Below, piece after piece: positions 1 through 12,610 of a stretch of 64,000 nucleotides of DNA. Within the stretch, counting starts at the first letter, position 1. Each line of letters begins with the position of its first letter. Source of the DNA: the human T2T-CHM13v2.0 reference genome, Homo sapiens; NCBI RefSeq assembly GCF_009914755.1, contig NC_060939.1; one strand, written 5' to 3'. A program made the translations under genes and the position numbers. Below the pieces are notes generated by a model. That model saw only the letters and a program-made list of their open reading frames with translations, had not been told where the DNA came from and did not search any database.

Positions 1-2174
1 TGTCAGCACCTAACATTGAACCTTAGACATAGTAAGTGCTTAATAAGAAATGTTTCGAGTTATTCAAATTGTTCCAAGGCTGAAAATTGGGCAGATAAAT
101 TGAAGAGTTAAAATGGAAGGATAAGGCTCCAGCTAGCAAGATGACTGACATTCTGATGGGAATGGGATATTCCAAGGGCACTGGGACAAATGGATAATTT
201 TTCCTTCAGCCACCATTTCTCTAGCAATTGCCACATACTAGACACTGTGCTATCTGCTGAGAAGACAAAGCTCTCTAAATCAGTTGTTTTTCTCTAAAGG
301 AATTTAGTCCCTCTATTTACCAAAATTGTTTTTAGAACTATGAATACATATCCATATTGGCTGACAGAATTGCATTTGATGGAGGAACTAATGTCACACA
401 AATTCCCAGGCTCAGAAGTAGAATGAATCATTAGTGGAGGCTGACCCAAGCCAGCCATGTTGCAAAGAGGGCTCTGTGTCAGCAGCATGGGGGCTACTGT
501 AAGAGACCAGGAATGAGCCAGAAGTCCATAGGGAGGTGATGAGTCAGAACACAATATGTGAATCCAAATACTGAGGAAACAATGTTTGAGGCAGCGGCTC
601 CTTAGAAACTTCTGTGGATAAACTGTAACTGAATAAGGAGTGAGGTAAGTTTCAGGCAAGGCTCAGGTCTCTAAAAATATCAAACTGAAATCAGATCATG
701 ACAAAGTGAGCAGTCAAGAGTGAAATAACTATCACTAACAGAGTCTTCTGGGGGGTTACAAACTAGATTCATTCATATGACTATTTTTAATTTCCTGTGA
801 GCTTGCTGTGTGTACATCTCATGGTCCTAGGATGGTGACTCTCAGATAACACGAATTTCAGTTTGTATTCAAGACTTTGTCTGGATGCTAAAGAATAGCA
901 ATCGGCTGGTTTCCCTCCACTGCTCCTTCTTTTACTAATTAGGAATTGGCTGAATCTTCAGTACAAACTATCTCACTTTCCATCCATTCACCCATCCACT
1001 CAATAAACACTTATTAACAGCTTCTAAGTAAGAGATCATTTTAGGTGATGGGAGGAAAAAAGATAAATAGACCTGATCCCTGTCCTTGAAGGGTCAGTGT
1101 CGGGAGGTCAGTCTCAGCTTCGGAAACAATAGTGCAAAACACATTGACTTCAGTGACAGAATCTAGATCACTTTTTGTCAATAATTTAAATGGGTATGCA
1201 GACAATCATAGATAAAGTGGTGCCTGCACGACTGTTACCAAAGAAATATTTAACTCAATTCCTCGATCAGACCATCTCTGGGCAGAGCCAGGCTGGCATT
1301 CTGACTGCTCATGAGGAAAAAAGATGATGAAATATTCCAGTTTTTCATATGCCAAGATGAAAATCATCAATCTCAATCTCCGTGAAAGATAAAACTACTT
1401 TTAGAAAAGAGCAGTGAACTCTTATCAGTCTTTCTAAGGTGATGCAATCTTTAAGATGATACAGAGAGGGCAGAAACAGTAAAGAAGTTTAGAAGAATGT
1501 ATATGGGCAAAAGGGAAATGATGAAATTTCTCTCTCAATTTTATAAGGAGCTAAAAATAAGATGGGATATATTTTAAACCTAAATGACTACAATGCTTTT
1601 TGAAAAGTAGGTAATGTATTCTAGGTGCTAAATTATTTATTTGCTTATCATATACAAATTTGTCTTTAACACATGAATACCTTGATATTTAAATGAGATT
1701 GTCTATTAGATAATTAAAATTAATCTACACAAATGAAGTTTTAAATTTCTTCCACTTTTTCCCCTGTACCCCCAACGCTTATTCCTTTCAACTCGTATGT
1801 GTATGCCAAATCTTGTACATTTTTAGCATTTACCAGATGGCTTTTTCGGTTCCCAAAAGGAACCTTTTAAATTTTTAAGCAATAAAACTTATATTTCTGT
1901 TAATTCATATTCCAAATAAAAGTCTTCAATATTAATTACATCTTTATTGGAATAACTTACAATGCTACACCCCAGCTTTGCAGAGACTGCATATTCAGTA
2001 TCTGTTAATTGATTTCTTCTAGAGAATCTTTTTTTTCTGTTGTTATGACAAAATGTTTTGCTGTCTTGTAATCCTCAACTGGGTAACACATTTTTCTGTA
2101 ACTGTCATACAGAAGGCACTTGGTAAATATTTGCTGAATTAAGAAATCCAAAAGGAGAATTGTAGGTAATTGGG

Positions 2175-2370
2175 AAGCAATGTAATACGGTGATGAAGAT
2201 CTCAGATTTCAAAGCCAGCCTGCCTGAGTTTGATTCCCCGCTCTGCCACTTGTTGGAAATAAGACATTGGACAAATTACTTAACTTCTCTGAATCTGTTT
2301 TCTCATCAATAAAGTGGATATAACAATATTATCTGTTCCTATAGCATTGCTGTGTGGATTAAATAAATAT
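2175..2370 (+). mobile_element. MIR SINE (degenerate)
   Basis: MIR core-like text: gagtttgattccccgctctgccact...ggacaaattacttaacttctctgaatctgttttctcatcaataaagtgg. Confidence 0.75.
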
Positions 2371-3206
2371 TAGGTCATATCAGTGTTAACTGTAACTATG
2401 TTAATCATTACTGTTGTTATTCCAGAAGGCTAAGGGTTAGGAAAAGAAGGCATTTGCAAGATGAGATTAAAAGAGAACACTAGTGTTCTAAAGAGAAGAA
2501 ATTAAAGATGCATGGGTTTCTTGCTAATGTCCAGGTTTCTCATTCATGCATTTCTTAGTCAGATGATCTTGAGAGGAAGAAAAGGGCATAAATGGCTTCA
2601 GTGGTCTTAGTAAACAGCTACCTTTCCCCACCCCAACTTTTTGCTTGGCTAAATCCTGTTCATCCTTCAGCTCCCAGTTTAGGCAACTTTTCTTGGAAGA
2701 AGCCTTCTTGAGCCCCAAAGACTATGTTAGGCACCTCTTTGATGTGCTTCCCTAGTCTCTGCTCTGGCATCTGACACACTTTTATGGTTAATGATTCTAG
2801 TTTGTATCCTCAGCTAAAGAATTTCAGTTTGTTAGTTTGTTCTTGGCGATATCCTTAGCTCTTGAGTCAGTGCATAGAAGCAGAGAGGAAGTGGTATAAA
2901 GAAGTGATGCATAAAGATGTATTTAAAGTTTTGGAGATAGGCACTGTACAAAATAGCATATCAAATCGCCAACACTCCATAACCAAAAGTCAATCATATC
3001 TGCCTAACTGTAGCTTCCTAGCTCAATCCACCCAAAAGTTTTAAGTGAGACATTTTCTTGTAGAAAGTAACAAAGAGGAGCTCTGAAATACGCATCAACA
3101 ATATATGTATGTTTGCTTATAAATGCTTGTACACGCTATTAGCATATCAACATTATGTCCATTATAAAATACACACAAAAATAGAAATTCCAAAATGAGG
3201 AAATTA

Positions 3207-3268
3207 ACACACGCACACATATATACATACAACACACACAACACACACACACACACACACACACACAG
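3207..3268 (+). repeat. (CA)n microsatellite, imperfect
   Basis: Direct reading of the CA run. Confidence 0.9.
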
Positions 3269-5061
3269 ATATATACCTTCTGATGTAGCATAAGTTAAGT
3301 TTGGCAATGCCATTTACATCTTGTTTTCTCAAGCTTGCATTATTCTTATTGTCTTTAAACCACGGTTTCTTGAGAGAGAACTGTTAAGTGTCTTGTCTAT
3401 TTTCTGGTGATTAGTTTAGTTAAAAACTATAAAATAAAATCTACAGGTCACCTAAACAGGTACACTTGAAACTGAACACACCAAGGATGCCTTTTGTAGA
3501 GTCGATCTTCCACTATATCTTCAGCACACCTGGAATACCACATGTAACAATGTACCACCCAACATATGGGCCAAGTCATGACACCACAGTCAGTCATTAT
3601 CACTGTGCTTTGCCCCTAAACCAAAGGTAATGTGATCCCATTACACTTTGTGCCACTAGTGTGCTTAAAAGATTTCCCACACCACACTAGAGAGAAAGCC
3701 CCAGACCTCACTACCACATACGAGGCCTTCTATGATGTGTCCTCCATTACTTCTCTGCTCCTTGATCACACGTACCACACAGGCCTTTCCTAAGTGACTT
3801 CTGTGGCCATAAAGAAGAACTCACTTACTCCTGGAGATCTTAGAGTAAATGAAAAAAAGATGCACTTACTACAAATAATGGCAGTCAGGGAAGAGTTTCC
3901 CTGTAGGGTAGTCACAAAGCCTTTCCACAAGTAGATATCCTTCTGGAAAACTCAGCAGGCCAAGAAAGCCTGCCCTGGGCCCGTACTTCTGCAGGGCAGG
4001 ATCACCAAAATGTTTCTGTTGAATGGATTTTTATTTTCTTGATTTACAATAAATGCATGGTTTTATTTAAACAAAAAACACATTTTTATTATTTAATTTT
4101 CTAGATAAGTCTTTGAAGATGATGCATGCAATAAAGATTATTTGCAATACCCATATTTGATGCATCGTTTTCACAACCACATGGTTTAGCATGAAATTTA
4201 AATTCAGCCAATAATTCCAAGGTGACAGTTTTATCTACAAAGCCTCCATTTCTAGTTCAACCAATTTATTTAATGGAACAATTTAGAGCACTTGTTTAAA
4301 CTGATCCAAATAACATTCAAAATAAAGGGAAATAACTTTCAAATGCAATTTAATAATAGAAACTATTGCTGTTTTTAAAGCAATGAATCTAAGCCTCAAA
4401 TGTAAGTGTTAATTGTACAAGTTCTTATTAAAGAGATTCAAGGAAGATAGCAAAGTAATCATTATAAAAACGTTAACTTAGATAAAATCACCACTTTCCC
4501 ATAAAACACAGATACACAAATATTAAGACCTCAAATAAAATACATGCTGTGAAGTGTAATAGGAGAAAACACTAAAAAATAAGACAAAATTACAGGTTTA
4601 AATATACATTATGCCTTAACTCTCACTTTATTGGATTTCCATTGCTTTCTAGACACATCCCTACAAATAGTTCCAGACACCTGGTGATTTTCTTTATTAT
4701 GAGGGTTGAGATGGCAATAATTAAATATTCTGCATTTCCTTTAGTAAGAGAAGCATGATTTATGAGAAAAGAATAAAAATCTAAGAAAATCACTTAGCAA
4801 ATTATTTGATTTTTAGATCAAACTGATTTAGGGCAAATTTCTTCCACGTTGCAAGTATGGAAAACGTAGCTTACTGGATAACAGCACAGTATTTAGGAGA
4901 ATATCTAGGTTTGCTTCCCTGTTTTTAGTAATTTTGTGTCTGTAGGCAAGACACAAAACCTCTCTTAAGTCTTAGTTTATTCATTTTGAAAACGGGGTAG
5001 TATAGGAAGTATGTTTCAAAGAGTAAGATGTATACCACTGGTGGCATTTAAGATAGCTGGT

Positions 5062-5318
5062 TTGGCAAGGTGGGCAGATTGCTGGAGCTCAGGAGTTTGA
5101 GACCAGCCTGGGTAACATGGTGAAACCCCATCTCTACAAAAAATACAAAAATTAGCCAGGTGTGGTGGTACACATCTGTAGTCCCAGATACTTAGGAGGC
5201 AGAGGTGGGAAGATCACCTGAGCCAGGAAGACTGAGGCTGCAGTGAGACAAGATCACACCATTGCACTCTAGCCTGGGTGACAGAGTGAGGCACTGTGTC
5301 AAAAAGAAAAAAAAAAGA
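5062..5318 (+). mobile_element. Alu (AluJ-like), 5'-truncated, with 12-bp TSD aagatagctggt
   Basis: Alu dimer text and A-tail; TSD at 5050-5061 and 5319-5330. Confidence 0.92.
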
Positions 5319-6117
5319 AAGATAGCTGGTGTGGTGATAAACTCATATTTAAAAGTGTATTTCAACACTTTTAATGAGTATGATAAAAAATATAAAATTA
5401 GTATGTAAAATAAAAAAATAACTAATTTCTCAGGACAAACCTAGCTAGTATGATGGGAATCTCTTTCTTAGAGTATAGTTCTTTTCAGTTGTACTTTGAA
5501 ATTTCACTTCAATGAACATGAACATTTTAAAAATGGTAAAGTCCTTTACACAGAGAACTAAATGTCAGAAGAAGGGTCTTAGGGTTCATGTGGATTGTGT
5601 CAGAATTAAAGGAAATGGTGAGCTAAATTTCATAAGATTCTTAGCAAAGCACTGGAATATATTAAAAACTCAATAATTATTATTTTTCCTTGTGACATTG
5701 TTGCCATATTGCTATAATCCTAATAAATCAAATATACTCCATTTAGCATAAAAGAAGTTTGAGTATCTGTGTATAGCAAAACCATCATCTTTTACTTTCC
5801 AAATGATTTATAAATAATACGTACCACCAAGAAACCAAGAAAGAAAAAAAGAAATTAAGAAACGAGGGGAGGGACAGGAGCTCATAGAGGACAAATAAGC
5901 AGAGTTGATGAAATTAAACAACATATACAATTTGCCATAAGAATATTTTGCAAAATGACATATGTTGCAATGATTAGGCTAAGGAAATCTGCCTATGAAA
6001 TTTGAGGAATTACTACACCCAGTGAATAGCACCTCTATAATCATATTACATTTTGTCTTAGGACATTAGAAATAAAGATAACAGTTTAATGGTTATGTAT
6101 TCTAAAAATTCTATCAA

Positions 6118-6341
6118 CCAGCCTGGGCAACATGTTGACATCCCATCTGTACTAAAAATAAAAATTAAAAAAAAAAAAAAAAACTAGCTTATAATGGTGG
6201 TGCTTGCCTATAGTCCCAGCTACTCAAGAAGCTGACGCAGGAGGATCATTTTAGTCCAGGAGGTGGAAGTTGCAGTGAGCTATGATCATGCCACTGCACT
6301 CCAGACTAGTCGACAGAGCCTGCACCCCCCACCCCCCCAAA
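6118..6341 (+). mobile_element. Alu (AluJ-like), 5'-truncated, with expanded middle A-tract
   Basis: End of left arm plus right arm. TSD-like aaaaat(t/c)ctatcaa at 6104-6117 and 6342-6355. Confidence 0.88.
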
Positions 6342-6844
6342 AAAAATCCTATCAAGTAAGGCACTACATGCCACTGTAATGAAAGTATAAAAACATTTCC
6401 TGTAATTTTACTAAGTTCTTGTGAATAGTTTTTTTAAAATAAGCAATTTCTCAAAAAGAAAAAGACAATATTAATATGAAATATAATACTACTTGGATAG
6501 TTCTCTCTTCGATGTATTTTATGTGTCTCCCATTTAATTGCAATTGTAGTTAATATTTTCCTGCAGGTAATATTTCTGAAAATAATATACGCCCAGCATT
6601 TTGTGAATATGTTCTTGTTCTTTTAAATAAAGTATTCTAAATTTCTTCCACCAACATATAAAGTAGGTGTAATATTCTGGTGTTCTAATTCTTATCACAG
6701 ATTAACCACAAATTTTCTTTTACCATAGGCAAAAAAAGGACTATTCAATAATTAATCAAAAGAGAGTTAATACCACACTTTAATCCAAATGTCTTTAGTC
6801 ATAGTAAGACTAAATTCTATACTATCAACAGTTCTTTCTTTAAA

Positions 6845-6936
6845 GATGCATTCTGGCCATCTTGCCCAGGCTGGACTCTAACTCCTAGGCTCAAACCATC
6901 CTCCCAACTCAGCCTCCCAAGTAGCTGGGACTGCAG
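6845..6936 (-). mobile_element. Alu left-monomer/FLAM fragment
   Basis: ttgcccaggctggactctaactcctaggctcaaaccatcctcccaactcagcctcccaagtagctgggact is reverse Alu left-arm text. Confidence 0.8.
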
Positions 6937-8378
6937 GAACCTCCTTATGTCTAAGAATGTACTGGGGACAGAATTGGGCACAATCTGGTGAAACCTCAAA
7001 TATGAGTAAGCCAAATGACAGAAAAATTCATCTAAAGTTTCACTTTGATAGCTGACCAATAATTTCTTACCCAGAAAATGGGGCTCTGGGCCAATGAACA
7101 AGGTAGGCTCTCAAAATTAGGGAGAAAATTCAGAAATGACATCTACTGAGAGTTAACAAACAATGAACAAGTAACACTAGCTGACTTGGGAGAGGTGGAA
7201 GAAACCTATCAATGACACTGTGGGCAGCCCTCCATATGTGTCAAAAATGCAAATGTAGTCACTCAAAATTAATTAAAAAGCAATTTTTCTGCTTCTTGCT
7301 TAAAATATGTAATACAACTATAATTACGTGATATGATGAAACAGGAGCTTTTTCACAGAGGTGAATTTACCAGATCATTAAAGCTAATTTTTGGAAAATA
7401 AACATGCATATGACTTAAAATAACCATCTAGCTTTATCAAATTATTAATTGAATTTACCATAATCAGCAACTGTCCTGGCATTAAAACATATTCTACCTG
7501 TTTTGATCTCTGGCCTTCACTAAATATGCCTTTTCATTTCTCTCTACATAACACTCTCCAATCAGTAATCTCATAAAAACAATGAGAAGAAATCATTAAG
7601 TATTTCCAAGAATGACTCCTGTTTTAAGATTTAACATTTCATATGTAGTAACATTGCTCCTAGTCCTGAATAAATTAAAAGAAAACCCTTTGTGAGAGAT
7701 AAAAGAAGTACTTAACAATTTAACCACCTGTAATATGTAAATTTATAACATGTTTTCCTGACAAAAACACATATTTAATCACATGATAAATTAATGTATT
7801 CATGAAAAGCTTACAATAAAGTTGAAAATTAAAGTTGTACTTTTTTTTACAGTTTTTAATTTTTTTAAGTAACAGCTAACATTAGGATAAAAATCATAGA
7901 ACATTTTACAACATAAATTTAGACTCACTTGTTGGCCCTAAACCATAAACATTATCATTAGGAAGTGACAGTGACGAAGTTTGTTATAAAATCAAATGAT
8001 CTAACCATAAAAATAGTTTAATTTTTATATGATACTTCTGTTGCCCAGAAAAGGAAAACTGGTACATGACTTTTATCAAGGTACAAAGTAAAAGCAAATT
8101 TACCCATTATGATTAGGGTATTCCTGTAATATATATCCTATTAAGCTATTGCTGTTAATTCTGCTTTCAGTTTTAATTGCTTAACTTCAAAACATTGTTA
8201 TAAATAATACAAGCTGTTCTTCTAGCAAATATTTATGATTATAATAGGATCTAGAAGTCCTTCAAACATTTGACAATTATAAGAGGAAATTGATAGCAGA
8301 ATAGGTCAGAAACAGGGCACTTGGCTCAGCTCTTGAAGAGATGATATACTGTGAACTTACATTTTCAATACTCTCTAA

Positions 8379-8830
<452 letters not shown>

Positions 8831-9752
8831 TTAAGTGAATTATTTTTAGTATTATTACAAATGCTTGGGTATGTTGCAAAAAATCCAAAGCCCGGAATTT
8901 AAATTTGAATAGGTTTCCATAAACGATAACTTTTCATACTTCTAGAATTAGCATCCACAACAACTGAAATGTGGGTAGCAACAACTGGCACCCAGACTTT
9001 CACACTGTTTTTTTGCAATGCAAGAGATTCTAAAAGGATACTTGAGGGGCATTTTTTAAAGTCCAGAATGCCAAACATTACACTATGGGACAAAGAGGAG
9101 TTTTTAATTATTTTTCCTATTTTCATTTCCACCAGAAGATAAAGAAAATTCATTTGAATTTATCCTATGGCTCTTAAAGACAAGGTTAGATCCTCAAACC
9201 ATGTCTAGCTCCAAAGCATTATTTAAATAAACACTGCATTTAAACTATGCTTTACACAGAAAATTAAAGAAATGACTTCAATAATAAATCTCACTAACTT
9301 TTGTGTATACCTATGTGGTTTTACATAGATTAAAGTATTGCAAGGCACGTCTTCCAATTGCTGTGTGTGCCCAGTCAAGGACCTATGGTTCGAAGGGCGG
9401 GGGGAAAGGGACACTTGCCACAGAACATCCAACTAAATTCTTCATTTTTAAAATGAAGAATCTGGGTCATGACACCTCAAGCTTACACAGACTTGGTGGA
9501 CAGACCTTCTGATCCCTGATTCTATGTCCTTCGAAGTACATGTCCACTCAAGATTCTATATCCTCTGCCCTCAGTGCAAAGCTAGTGACAGTTTCCTAGA
9601 CCTCTTCCTGGTAACAGATGAGGCAAGGTCTAGCAGTTAGGTACAGCCCAAGGAAGGCCAGGAGCTGAATTAGGGAGAGAAAAGAATGGACACTGCTGAT
9701 ATAGACGAACTAGGGACACCTTCTCATCACTCTTCTTCAGCCAACAGTTAAA

Positions 9753-9828
9753 CCTTCATATAGCTACATCCCAGTGCCTTTCATATAGCTACATCCCAGT
9801 GCCTTTCATATAGCCACATCCCAGTGCC
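9753..9828 (+). repeat. 25-bp tandem repeat, 3 copies (ttcatatagctacatcccagtgcct)
   Basis: Direct reading; the third copy has one substitution (gcc for gct). Confidence 0.95.
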
Positions 9829-10462
9829 ATAGCATATATATTTTCCCCTCAGAAGTCTGTCCTCTGTCAAGCTGACTCATGTTCCACAATTCACCACTGG
9901 ACCCCTCCATTACTCCCAGTCTACCCATAAGCATGTCTAGAGCTAGGGATATGAGACAACACCGAGAGTGGTGACCTAGAGATGCTTTGGCCAAAAACTG
10001 AACGTGTATTTATGTAAACAAATTACATTCAGTCTCTTTTGTATGTGATGGTAGCATGTGAGACCTTCAGGTCCCAGGGACATCCAACGAGCTTATTATG
10101 ATGGCAGATACTTGCTGAAATCCTGGGGCAGAAAAGCTGGCCTCTGACTTTTAAATATAGGAAGCTTCCTGAGAATACTGGAGCAGCTTCCTGATTGCTG
10201 ATTATCTCCCTGCCCTTGTCCAGCCCACACTCAAATGTTTAAGGAGTGAAAAAAGGCTAAGGAATAGTAGAATATCACTATTGCATACCATGCATACTAA
10301 CATGAGGTACTGCCTAATCGCAATGCAAGTGAATGGTGCTTACTCATGAATATCATGTAATGAGATATTTAACATCAGAGTATCAATTATGTGCCATTAA
10401 TCTAAGATATACTTCTGCATATCATGATGCTGGTGAATAGTGCCTATTAATATCTACCATAT

Positions 10463-10648
10463 GAGACCAGCCTGGTTGACATGGTGAAACCCCGTCTGTA
10501 CAAAAAATGCAAAAATTAGCCTGGCTTGGTGGTGCGCACCTGTAGTCCCGGCCACTCAGGAGGCTGAGACAGGATGATTGCTTGAACCCAGGAGGCAGAG
10601 GATGCAGTGAGCCCAGATTGCACCCCTGCACTCCGGCCTGGATGACAA
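10463..10648 (+). mobile_element. Alu (AluS-like) internal fragment lacking both the 5' end and the poly(A) tail
   Basis: Begins gagaccagcctgg, ends ctccggcctggatgacaa; no A-tail and no direct TSD. Confidence 0.9.
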
Positions 10649-12610
10649 ATATGGTATATATATATATACCACTTCTGAGATACATATATATTAAGTATTA
10701 TATATGTTTCTTACTAACATATACTGCTATATATATATCACAATATTGGTAAACCATGCTGATTTATGTATCTCACATGATGGGATATATTTTATTACTT
10801 ATTCATGATGAACAATTTTATAACACTGAAGCTATTTCATTTTAAATTTGTCATACATGTTATTTGATATCACTGGTTCCATGATGTGGATGATGTGGTA
10901 GAAAGAACTCAGGATTATAAGTGAAAACGTTTGTATTTCCTATTCCACCACGACAGTTACCACAAATCCAACCTTTGACAAGCCACAAACTTCTCTGAAA
11001 CTTCATGTTCTCACTTAAAAAACAGTCTGTGATACTGACAGAAATTAGGATAAGAGCTTTCAGTAACAGAATAGTGCATGGAAATTGCTCTTTCTATACT
11101 CATAAATTAAGGATATTGGAGGATATCCTAAGACCCACAATGTGTACAGACTATATTATACCCCTCAGAATGGGTAGTTTGGCCATATGCCTTCACTGGG
11201 CTTATGGCTGGCCTCTCACCCTGGGATGCTTATCACCCCAGAGGCATGCCCACAACTGTGATCTAAAATGTCATCTCTCCCACTGAATATAATATCCTAT
11301 ACAACTTGGATAATCATTCCTTCTTAAAAATATACAGGAATTTATGTATTTTAATTTAATATTTCTAATTATTTGATTTACATGTCATGACTTCACTTTA
11401 ACTGTTGATTTTTTACATAGTTGTCACCACAAATGCATATTATAAGAATAATGATACGAATATCATCAAAAACAAGGAGAACAGAAATAACTATAGAATA
11501 AAATAGATTAACCATGATGAGTAGGGTACTCAGAGCCACAACAGTTAAAAGTGAATACTGAATGGCATCCAACTGGAAAGAAACTCAAAATATATATTTA
11601 AACTCAGTGTGAGATGAGAGAAAGGCTGTATCTTCTAAACATGTAATAATGTTATTATAGTATCTGGAATAGAATGGGCACTACATAAATACCAGTGGAA
11701 TTGAAATAGATTCTGCAGACTTTCAAAAATAAACTGTGGGAAGTATAATTTATTGACAGTTTATAACTATCAGTACTTGAGTCTCTCTCTATAAATGTAA
11801 TAGATAGATTTTACAGGTAGTCAATAGAAATAGAATTTACTCCAAAAAAATATAAAATGTTTATATGGCATTTTATATAACTTTGTAATTTTAATAATGA
11901 GCTAGTATTGAGCATTATGGCTATAAAGCTGTCTTCCCAATGCATATAAAGAAATTTCTTCCAAAAGGTAGATATCAAAGAATCATATTCTTTTATGAGG
12001 CAATGTACACAGATTAAAAATAAAGTTTACAAACTCATTGACTGGAAAGAGTCAGCTACAAATCTGGGACATATGCTTATTAACTAAAGGTATTACTGAG
12101 TCTTAGGCAAGCTAAAAATTTTAGTGGCATTCCATAAACACCTTGGAAGAGCAAAATACTGTAAAATAGCATAGAGCATCATGAAGATGCATAAGAACAC
12201 CTGTGTCCTGGTTGTTGTTCCAGTGTCTAGTTTTTTTGTCATAAAACATTTTTCCCAACACTCTGCTCATGCTGGCCTTTCCTGTCTTTAGGGTGTCTCC
12301 TGGAAAAGCAACATTTCTAGCTGGAGGCCTACATTTCATGATGTGTACCCAGTGGTGTTAGATTATAAAATCCAAAGAAATTTAGTGCAGTACTGGAAAC
12401 ATGCAAATTAGCAATCCCCAAACTTTTCTGTTTCTTTTCTAGCATTTATTTTTATGTTGAGTGTTTAATGTGTGAGGAGCAAAACAGACAATCTCTAGAC
12501 AAACTTATTCATCAGCAAAATTAATTCATTCTTCCCCCAACCTTAAAGGTAAACATTCAACTTCTAGAGCTAATTTTGCTCTGTTTTACAAAAGTATTCC
12601 ATTTAACTAG

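Noticed and set aside
294-659. 121-aa minus-strand ORF, and the other short ORFs in the track
   Set aside because: No recognisable homology, no compatible splice signals, many in Alu/L1/L2 or with non-ATG starts; lengths expected by chance.
3817-3862. Minus-strand pyrimidine tract + AG followed closely by gtaagt (ctctaag|ATCTCCAGGA|gtaagt)
   Set aside because: Would be 10 nt (or 2 nt from the next AG), not frame-preserving, with an AAG acceptor and weak GGA exonic donor part. Kept as evidence that chance microexon-like patterns occur.
9753-9828. Repeat array considered as CRISPR-like
   Set aside because: Head-to-tail units with no spacers, eukaryotic context, no cas genes.
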